From: Patescibacteria group bacterium
Lineage (GTDB): Bacteria; Patescibacteriota; Gracilibacteria; UBA1369; 2-02-FULL-48-14
Direction: 5' to 3'
Length of the DNA: 64,000 bases
Assembly (NCBI GenBank): GCA_018816805.1
Contig: JAHIVE010000005.1
Span: forward strand, 39,102 to 103,101
Shown: positions 25,878 to 33,501 of the stretch, piece after piece
Layout of the letters: the number at the start of each line of letters is the position of its first letter
Position numbering within the stretch: position 1 is the first letter of the stretch
Position numbers and translations under genes: made by a program
Notes under the pieces: model-generated
Told to the model about the DNA's origin: nothing
Seen by the model: only the letters and a program-made list of their open reading frames with translations
Database searches by the model: none

Positions 25878-26426
25878 TTACTTCTTCTTAACCTGATCAA
25901 AATCAAGTTCCACAGCAGTCTCACGACCAAACATTGTGATATTTACTTTAACTTTACCTTTTTCTTGGTCAATTACCTTAATAACGCCTTCATATCCTGC
26001 AAAAGGACCATCCAAAACCATAACCAAATCTCCAACATCCAGTGAAATCTTGAATTTTGGCTGGTTATCTTCACCCATATGTCGCTCAATAATACCATAT
26101 TCCTCAGCGCTAACAGGTACAGGAATAGTCCCGGACCCAACAAATCCCGTAACATTTGGTGTATTACGAACAACATACCAAGATTCATCATCCACAATCA
26201 TGTCAACAAGCACATAACCTGGAAATAATCTCTTTTTCTCAGTTTTGGGTTTACCTTTTTTAACAACAATTTGAGTCTCTTTTGGCACACAAACATCAAA
26301 AATTTTATCCTGCATGCTCATTGACTCAATACGCTGTAGCAATGCAGACTTCACAGCATCTTCATATCCACTGTATGTGTGTACAACATACCAGTGTCTC
26401 CCTGTACCTTTTGCCTGTTTTGCCAT
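25878..26426 (-). CDS. nusG: transcription termination/antitermination factor NusG
   Basis: HWYVVHTYSGYEDAV NGN domain and a C-terminal KOW domain (GDLVMVLDGPFAGYEGVI). Confidence 0.92.
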   Translation of the reverse strand: MAKQAKGTGRHWYVVHTYSGYEDAVKSALLQRIESMSMQDKIFDVCVPKETQIVVKKGKPKTEKKRLFPGYVLVDMIVDDESWYVVRNTPNVTGFVGSGTIPVPVSAEEYGIIERHMGEDNQPKFKISLDVGDLVMVLDGPFAGYEGVIKVIDQEKGKVKVNITMFGRETAVELDFDQVKKK

Positions 26427-26429
26427 TGT

Positions 26430-26633
26430 TTAAAAAGTAATTAACGAATAAAGCTCGCTAAGCCCCAAATCAAGAGCCGCAATAAAAGCCGCCATAATTA
26501 TAGAAACAGCTACAACTACACCTGTTAACATCACAGCTTGTTCTTTAGTTGGCCATGTAATCTTCCCAAACTCCTCAAAAGCTCCAACAAAAAAAGCAAC
26601 AATAGGGTTACTTTTGGCTTCCTTTTTACTCAT
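26430..26633 (-). CDS. secE: preprotein translocase subunit SecE
   Basis: 67 aa with KITWPTKEQAV followed by a single TM segment, immediately upstream of nusG. Confidence 0.85.
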   Translation of the reverse strand: MSKKEAKSNPIVAFFVGAFEEFGKITWPTKEQAVMLTGVVVAVSIIMAAFIAALDLGLSELYSLITF

Positions 26634-26815
26634 TTTATTAGGGATTAGTAGTCAATTTTAAAAGGCCTCTTGGGCCATTTGTTCTTACGACATAAATATT
26701 ACGCCCAAAATTTAAAAAAAACAAGTGATTTTTCTCTCAAAATCTGCTATACTTATTAGATAAAAAACAAAAATAAATGAGATTTAAATTCCTAGAAAAC
26801 AAATATAGGACCAAC

Positions 26816-27703
26816 ATGATACTCCTTGCAGTGTGCGCTGCAGCGTTTTTTGCTTCAATTCCACACCTGGCACATGCCGCTTTCCTACCTCTTCCTTCAA
26901 CTGAAGAGCTGGACGTCCCAACTCCCACAGGAGAAACAGCAGCTGAACGTTTTGAAAGCATATTGGGGCCACTTGCAAGGTCAATTAGAATCGTTGTTGG
27001 TGCAATTGCCGGTCTATTAATAGTTGTATCAGGTATAACAATGGTTCTTGGCGGAGAAAGCGAAGAAACAGTAACAAACCAGAAAAAATCAATAATGTAC
27101 GGAGTAATTGGTCTAATTATGATAAGTGTTGCAGGTCCAATTGCAGAAGTTTTTGACTTTAGAGCTGGAAACATAGTTGCAGATGACAAACTAATGCTAG
27201 AGAGAGCTGCACTTTTTAACAGCGCAACACGGCTAATTATTACTTTTTTGAAATATATGCTGGGTTCGTTGGCTGCACTTATGTTTATCCGTGCTGGTGC
27301 AACAATGGTTATGTCAGGCCAAAGCGAAGAGGACATTACTCGAGAAAAAAAGAATCTCATTTATTCGGGTGGAGGATTAATGATGGTCATTTTTTCAGAC
27401 CTTGTTGTCCGCAAAGTACTATTTGCTACAAGCTACAACGAAGACACACAACAAACTGTTGCTGCAGTTAATCAAAACGAATTTGTAACCCAATTGGTTG
27501 CAATTACAAACATTGTGGTCAGCTTTGTAGGACCGGTGATGATGCTTGGATTGGTTATTGGAGCAGTAATGTTTGTAACCGCTCATGGCAACGAAGAACA
27601 GACGGAAAAAGCAAAAAAGATTATAATCAATTCAGTGATTGGTATTGTAATAATATATGGGGCATTCGCTCTTGTTTCAACAGTAATTAACGGAGTCTTC
27701 TAA
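26816..27703 (+). CDS. membrane protein made of three tandem VirB2/TrbC-like (CPR T4SS-pilin-like) hairpin units
   Basis: Signal peptide MILLAVCAAAFFASIPHLAHA, then three units of TM, charged loop, TM. The loops are GITMVLGGESEETVTNQKKSIMYGVIG, GATMVMSGQSEEDITREKKNLIYSGGG and AVMFVTAHGNEEQTEKAKKIIINSVIG. The track ORF starts at 26777; ATG 26816 is preferred. Confidence 0.7.
   Translation: MILLAVCAAAFFASIPHLAHAAFLPLPSTEELDVPTPTGETAAERFESILGPLARSIRIVVGAIAGLLIVVSGITMVLGGESEETVTNQKKSIMYGVIGLIMISVAGPIAEVFDFRAGNIVADDKLMLERAALFNSATRLIITFLKYMLGSLAALMFIRAGATMVMSGQSEEDITREKKNLIYSGGGLMMVIFSDLVVRKVLFATSYNEDTQQTVAAVNQNEFVTQLVAITNIVVSFVGPVMMLGLVIGAVMFVTAHGNEEQTEKAKKIIINSVIGIVIIYGAFALVSTVINGVF
26939..27700 (+). 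repeat. intragenic triplication of the pilin-like hairpin (units about 26939-27157, 27197-27424, 27476-27700)
   Basis: Read from the protein sequence. Repeat similarity is at the protein level, not the nucleotide level. Confidence 0.7.
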
Positions 27704-28668
27704 TGAAAAAATTCTCAATAATTATATGCGCGCTACTGATGCAACTCACTCTAATTTCAACTGTGAGTGCGGCAACAAGTTTTGATTATAAAGATACGCT
27801 CAAGCAATTTTCTGAAGATATTGAAACAATTAGTGAAGATCTATCCGACCAAACAGAAACAGATACGGATGGTGTAATTTCATTGCCCACTTTCCAAGCT
27901 GACGATGAGCAGGAGGGTGCAAGCACAATTGCACTGGCAATTCAAAGATTCATGAATTTTTTCAAATTGCTGGTTGCACCTCTAGCAATTTTGGCAATAG
28001 TGATCGCCGGAGTTAAATTGGTTACAGCCGGACGTGACAGCGAAGAAGCCGCAACAAAAGCAAAAAACTTCATTCGTTATGCCGCAGAAGGCCTGATAAT
28101 CATTATTATTGCTGACCAGATCATTAACGTAATTTTTGGGCCTACCGGAGAAATTTTCAGAGGAGGCCAGGCGGGCGCAGAAGAATATGGAAGAAAAACT
28201 GCACAACTTATGGAAGGAATCTACAGCTTAATTCAAGTAATTATTGGTTCAGTCGCAATTTTCATGATTGTAATAGCTGGTATGCGTTATGTGGCCGGAT
28301 CCGCTTCAGACGAACAAATTGCAACTGCAAAAAAACAAATCACTTGGGCCTTGATTGGACTTTTTGTTGTGGGAGTATCTGAATTTGTTGCAAAAGACAT
28401 TTTATTCCAGCAACAAGGAACAAAAATTGGTTTTGATCAAGCAAAACAACTTTTCGCACAGGTTACAAACTTTGCTGCAGGCACAATCGGCACACTTTCA
28501 TTCGCTTTTATGCTTTATGCAGGTTACCTATACGTGACCGCCCAAGGCGACGAAGACCAAGTTGCCAAAGCAAAAAAGATAATTTTTGGTGCCATAATTG
28601 GCATTTTGTTGGCTGGATCAGCGTACGCAATTACTTCAACCATTGTTCAACTTGATGCTTCAAGGTAA
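27703..28668 (+). CDS. second membrane protein made of three tandem VirB2/TrbC-like pilin hairpin units
   Basis: Signal peptide ...ISTVSA, an acidic linker, then three units with loops GVKLVTAGRDSEEAATKAKNFIRYAAEG, GMRYVAGSASDEQIATAKKQITWALIG and GYLYVTAQGDEDQVAKAKKIIFGAIIG. The start codon overlaps the upstream stop (TAATG). Confidence 0.7.
   Translation: MKKFSIIICALLMQLTLISTVSAATSFDYKDTLKQFSEDIETISEDLSDQTETDTDGVISLPTFQADDEQEGASTIALAIQRFMNFFKLLVAPLAILAIVIAGVKLVTAGRDSEEAATKAKNFIRYAAEGLIIIIIADQIINVIFGPTGEIFRGGQAGAEEYGRKTAQLMEGIYSLIQVIIGSVAIFMIVIAGMRYVAGSASDEQIATAKKQITWALIGLFVVGVSEFVAKDILFQQQGTKIGFDQAKQLFAQVTNFAAGTIGTLSFAFMLYAGYLYVTAQGDEDQVAKAKKIIFGAIIGILLAGSAYAITSTIVQLDASR
27922..28653 (+). 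repeat. intragenic triplication of the pilin-like hairpin (units about 27922-28140, 28192-28407, 28438-28653)
   Basis: Read from the protein sequence. Confidence 0.7.
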
Positions 28669-28702
28669 TTAACTCTATAATGCAGTGGAAAAATCACACG
28701 CC

Positions 28703-31700
28703 ATGAGAATTCGAAAACTTTTTACGGGATTAGCTCTAACGCTTATCGCAACTTCCATGTTTGCGATAGCACCGCTAGCTTCCGCAATTTCTTTTGATGT
28801 TGCGGTAGGTGATCCGGACGCTTCTCAAGGTGACATTACAGCTGCAGAATGTGCTGGCCTTGAAGACAGCTTGGCAGCTTCAATGGGTTGTAATTCGGAA
28901 GATGAAATTATTGACTTCACCACATATAGAGGAGAGCTAGATGCTCCTGACGAAAGCGGGTATGACACAGCACTAACAAAAACAAAGAGCGCCAGAGAAA
29001 TGGTCCAGTTGATTGTGAATTTTGCACTTTCATTCTTAGGATTAGTTTCCACAGTAATAATAATTTATGGAGGTGTAATGTACGTGCTGAGCCGTGGGGA
29101 TGAAGAAATGGCAACAAAGGGAAAGAAAGCAATCTCATACGCGGTTGTTGGTATTGTGATCATTTTGGCTTCTTTTGCAATTGTTAACACTCTTATTGGT
29201 GCAGCCGGGGGAGGAAACGCCGGATCAGGGGACGGCATTACCGGCGACACAATTTCCCAGGCAGGCGCTGGCTTTGACGTTGAACAAGTTCTGGATGAAC
29301 TAACCTCAATTTCTGAAGACTATGTTTACGCCTACGACACACTCATTTTTGTAAATCAAGAAGTCGAATACCTAAAATCGATTGAAATGCCACTGATTGT
29401 GGATGTAGTTGAGACGGATGTGAGCATTGGAGGAATATCAGAGTGGATCACACATCTTGGCACTGACCAAGATTTATCTGACCAATACCAACTCATTGAT
29501 GAAAACGACGTGGATGAATATATAAGTGATCTAAGGCAAGGTCTCCAAAAAATTCAAAGAGAAGTAGATTCACTAAGTGATACCTACGAGAAAGTCCAAG
29601 AACTCTACAACTATCTTAGGAGCGGCGGCTCACAAGCAAACACAACGCTAAATGAGATAGCTGAGCTACTAATACCAATGGCAAATGCATATGAAGGTAC
29701 GGATGGCTGCAGTTCAAGATCCTATTCCCACAATCCGGTATCTTTAAGTGAAGGATTCGGTATCAACTCTACTCAAACCAAAGTCAGCGAAATTGACGAC
29801 AACATCTGTCCCGCACTGGATGACATTCAAGCCGCCGCAGAATCAGACTATGTAGAGGCAGTAGATGAACTTATTAAACGAACAGACGACTTAGCAGCTC
29901 TTTTTGACACCGGTGGCCAGGAAGGCTCAACACTAAATTTGATACGCAAACGTTTCGAGCTTATCGACACGCAACTTGAAACAGCAAAGGATCGCATTAC
30001 AAACCAAACAAAAAGAGATGTAATTGGTGCAATAAATGACGCTTACGTCTTGGTTCAAAACGTAAAATTTGTTAACGCAATAATCAATACAAGTGGCACC
30101 CGCGGGAACGCACCATATATTGTTCGATTCGACGCACTTGGCTCAACTGACCCAAGCGGAAGAACAATTGATGACACAAAAATTCAATGGGATCTAACAG
30201 GAAATGGGCAATTCAATGACGCAACAGGCGCGTCCGTAAGCTGGGAATATTCTAAAGCCGGTACTTACCAGGTCGCCGTTCGCATATTTAGCACACAGGA
30301 TGACATAGCCGCAGGTATTGGAAGAATTACAATAATTGTTGAACCACGCTCATCAGCTATAGTTGTTTCAGCAGAAGCAGGGGGTGAAACAACCCAAATA
30401 GCAGATTTCAGAGAATTTCCATACATTGATAAAGACTCGTACAAGGTTACCTTAAACGAAGCACAATCCGGAATAACATTTGACGCCTCAGCATCTGAAG
30501 GGGCTAACAAAGAAAACATTGAGCAATGGGAATGGAATTTTGGTGACGGAGCAACAATTTCAGGCGGATCTGAAGTCTCATCCGTTACACACGCATACGG
30601 TGAAGCTGGCCAATATAAAGTTGAACTAACCGTCACTGACGCAGTTAGAATCCAGGACAGGCACGTTTTTGTAGTCTATGTAGATTCACCAGCCGCAAGA
30701 ATTGAAGCAACTCCGTCAACAGGCAAAATTGGAACAAAATTCAAACTTAGCGCAGGAGGCTCCACAACGGATGCGGGCACAATAGTTAGTTATCAATGGT
30801 CTGTGACCCCGGTTGGAAGTGATTCTTTTTCATCACAAACCGGCAGTAATGTTGAAGTCGAATTTGACTCGCCGGGAGTCTACACAGTTACTTTGTTGGT
30901 AGCTGATTCAAGTGGAAAAACAGACGACGCATCCCTTGACATATTAGTTGAATCTCAAACACCGGATGCAAAATTCACATATTCGGTCCCAAACGCAACT
31001 GAACCGGGCACATACCATTTTGACGCTTCTGACAGCTACGACCCTGATCCAAATGATGAGATCATATACAACTGGGATTTTGGCGGAGATGAAGGCGCAG
31101 ACTTTGAAATCTTGGACGACAACAATTTTGGTGAAGATATGACTGTTCGTTTCTTAAGAACAGGAAAATATGAAGTATCTTTAACAGTTTGTGACCAACA
31201 TCAAGAAGAATTACAAAAATGTGAAGATGCAGTTGCAGAAATCAATGTGTCCTCTGTATTAGATGTTGAACTCACAATTCAAGCAGGTGTAACAAGACGT
31301 TTGGATGAAAGCGGCGAAGAAAGCGTTAATTTTGAAGCATACAGTAGATCCGCAAACGCATTTGAAATTGACTACGGAGATGGCGAATCTGAATACACAG
31401 ACTTAATCACAAGCGGATTCGCAAATTTCACTCACGCATATACAAGAGCAGGAGTGTTTAATGTTACATTGACAGTTTATGACGAAGGGGAGGGACGCAA
31501 CTCAATAACAAGAAGAGTTTATATTGCATCCGGCGAAAACCCAATTGCAGTAATAAGTGTAGCGGCAGATGGTGAAGATATTGGCTTTGGTGACGAACTT
31601 TCAGGGAACGTACAAACACGTTTCACTTTTGACGCATCAGACTCAATAAATACTGACGGAACCACCAACAACCTCTCGTATACCTGGAATTTTGGAGATG

Positions 31701-33499
31701 GCACAACAGCCTCTCAGAAGAGCACCACAAAAACATTCGAAGAATTAACAAATTATACAGTAACCCTAACCGTTAAGGACAAAGATGACCCAAGTCTTTC
31801 AGACCAAAGCACAGTCTATATTCGCATTCAAGGAATTGACCCTGAAATAAAGGGGATCACAATAACACCTGCCTCAGCCACACTTGAAACGCCACTCAAA
31901 GTAAACGTTAGCGTTAATGCTTCAGACAAAGATGGCCGAATAAATTTTGTAAAAGGTTGGTATTATGACGTGAACGACTCTGCAACCGCCCTTGGAACTG
32001 TAATTTCAGAATCCACAAATTTCTCCCTCACAATCAACACAAAAGGTGAGCAAGACGAACAAGTCACTTACGGTTTTGCCGCTGAAGTCACAGACAATGA
32101 CAACAGAACCGTAAATTCATTCGAAGAACTCCAAGAGTCGGAAATCCCAAAACTCACAGTCACAAACGGACCAAATGACACGCCGGTCGCAAACTTTTCA
32201 GTGGATAGAACTTCATTTTTGGTAGGGGAAGAAGTTGTGTTTTCATCAACCTCATACGACCCGGATGGCGAAATTGTTGAATATGTGTGGGACGTTGAAG
32301 GTGACGGTTTCTTTAATAACGAACCTCAAGAAACACCCTCTTTTACTTATATATATCATGACGTTCACACGAGCGGCGTAAAAGTTAAATTAAAGGTAAC
32401 AGACAATGCCGGCGCAACAGCAACTTCAAAAGAACTCACTTTATATGTGGATACTTTGGCGTCACCTCCGGATGCAGCGTTCCTAGCTGACGTAAATGGC
32501 CTAAATGTAACTTTCCACGACAACTCTACATTCGACACAGCAAACCAAGCTGACTTCAAAGGAATATCTTGGGATTTTGACACAAGCGTGGACAGCAACG
32601 GAAATGGAGTAACAGATGATGATAAAGATTCTCTAGATAGAAATCCCAGCCACACTTATGACGAACTGGGCACGTACCGTGTAAGCATGACAGTAACAGA
32701 TACCTTCGGTAAGAGTGACTCAGTCACAAGAGAAGTATTGGTTGCTAACGCAGCTGACCCGGTTGCAGCTTTCACATTTAGCCAAACAGACGACTTCTCA
32801 ATTGCTTTCCAAAACAATTCCACAACTGACGAAGATGCAGGCGCGCTTGTAAGAAGCTTTGAATGGGATTTTGACACAAATTACGACTCAGATGGTGACG
32901 GAAACAACGCTAATGACGTGGATAGCATAATCAAAAATCCTGACTTCAATTATGACGACTTTGGAACATATTCGGTTAAATTAACCGTAACAGACGACTT
33001 TGGCAAAAAGGATTCTGTTACAAATAATGTAGAGGTGTCTTCTCCAATCCAACCCGTAACAGCACTACTTGCAACTGTCCCACAAACAAATGCAAACAAA
33101 CAGATAATTATGAGCGGAACCTCAGGTGACATTACAATATTCTACAATGCGGAAGGAGGTAGTGGAAATTTCACATATAGAATTGATAAAAATATCTTTT
33201 TTGACACGTCAGGGGACGGCATAAAAGATAATGACATTGATTACTCATCACGAACATCAGGCAGTTGGAGAACAAATTTTGATAAATCTTGGGGACAAAT
33301 TGTAATTAAACTCACAGTTATTGATAACACGACCGGTGACAGCTCGTTCTCAACAGCGCAAGTAATTTTTCAAGGCAGTCTAGCGGGAGCAAATCTCTTT
33401 AACGCTACACCTTCGGAAATGCTATTTTTAATAATCAGTGCACTCTTAGTAGCAATTGTAGGAGTGTCATTAGTATTTAGTTTTAAACCCGTAAAATAA
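28703..33499 (+). CDS. giant surface protein: signal peptide, one pilin-like hairpin, ~300-aa helical region, about ten PKD/Ig-like domains, C-terminal TM anchor
   Basis: The hairpin is VSTVIIIYGGVMYVLSRGDEEMATKGKKAISYAVVGIVIILASFAIV (nt about 28991-29200). PKD signatures recur (WNFGDG, WDFGGDEG, YGDGESEY, WDVEGDG, WDFDT..D..G.G). The C-terminus is LFLIISALLVAIVGVSLVF. The track start at 28685 is GTG; ATG 28703 is preferred. Confidence 0.8.
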   Translation: MRIRKLFTGLALTLIATSMFAIAPLASAISFDVAVGDPDASQGDITAAECAGLEDSLAASMGCNSEDEIIDFTTYRGELDAPDESGYDTALTKTKSAREMVQLIVNFALSFLGLVSTVIIIYGGVMYVLSRGDEEMATKGKKAISYAVVGIVIILASFAIVNTLIGAAGGGNAGSGDGITGDTISQAGAGFDVEQVLDELTSISEDYVYAYDTLIFVNQEVEYLKSIEMPLIVDVVETDVSIGGISEWITHLGTDQDLSDQYQLIDENDVDEYISDLRQGLQKIQREVDSLSDTYEKVQELYNYLRSGGSQANTTLNEIAELLIPMANAYEGTDGCSSRSYSHNPVSLSEGFGINSTQTKVSEIDDNICPALDDIQAAAESDYVEAVDELIKRTDDLAALFDTGGQEGSTLNLIRKRFELIDTQLETAKDRITNQTKRDVIGAINDAYVLVQNVKFVNAIINTSGTRGNAPYIVRFDALGSTDPSGRTIDDTKIQWDLTGNGQFNDATGASVSWEYSKAGTYQVAVRIFSTQDDIAAGIGRITIIVEPRSSAIVVSAEAGGETTQIADFREFPYIDKDSYKVTLNEAQSGITFDASASEGANKENIEQWEWNFGDGATISGGSEVSSVTHAYGEAGQYKVELTVTDAVRIQDRHVFVVYVDSPAARIEATPSTGKIGTKFKLSAGGSTTDAGTIVSYQWSVTPVGSDSFSSQTGSNVEVEFDSPGVYTVTLLVADSSGKTDDASLDILVESQTPDAKFTYSVPNATEPGTYHFDASDSYDPDPNDEIIYNWDFGGDEGADFEILDDNNFGEDMTVRFLRTGKYEVSLTVCDQHQEELQKCEDAVAEINVSSVLDVELTIQAGVTRRLDESGEESVNFEAYSRSANAFEIDYGDGESEYTDLITSGFANFTHAYTRAGVFNVTLTVYDEGEGRNSITRRVYIASGENPIAVISVAADGEDIGFGDELSGNVQTRFTFDASDSINTDGTTNNLSYTWNFGDGTTASQKSTTKTFEELTNYTVTLTVKDKDDPSLSDQSTVYIRIQGIDPEIKGITITPASATLETPLKVNVSVNASDKDGRINFVKGWYYDVNDSATALGTVISESTNFSLTINTKGEQDEQVTYGFAAEVTDNDNRTVNSFEELQESEIPKLTVTNGPNDTPVANFSVDRTSFLVGEEVVFSSTSYDPDGEIVEYVWDVEGDGFFNNEPQETPSFTYIYHDVHTSGVKVKLKVTDNAGATATSKELTLYVDTLASPPDAAFLADVNGLNVTFHDNSTFDTANQADFKGISWDFDTSVDSNGNGVTDDDKDSLDRNPSHTYDELGTYRVSMTVTDTFGKSDSVTREVLVANAADPVAAFTFSQTDDFSIAFQNNSTTDEDAGALVRSFEWDFDTNYDSDGDGNNANDVDSIIKNPDFNYDDFGTYSVKLTVTDDFGKKDSVTNNVEVSSPIQPVTALLATVPQTNANKQIIMSGTSGDITIFYNAEGGSGNFTYRIDKNIFFDTSGDGIKDNDIDYSSRTSGSWRTNFDKSWGQIVIKLTVIDNTTGDSSFSTAQVIFQGSLAGANLFNATPSEMLFLIISALLVAIVGVSLVFSFKPVK
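30077..33050 (+). repeat. tandem PKD-like domain array (approximate bounds)
   Basis: W-x-F/W-G-D-G type motifs recur roughly every 85-100 aa, each followed by a ...Y.V.LTVTD... strand. Confidence 0.7.
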
Positions 33500-33501
33500 T
33501 T

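Noticed and set aside
26737-27360. 207-aa minus-strand ORF antisense to the first pilin-like gene.
   Set aside because: It is a mirror-frame artefact of a hydrophobic, compositionally biased gene. It would run across the secE/pilin divergent promoter region, it has no motif, and the plus-strand gene shows clear repeat structure.
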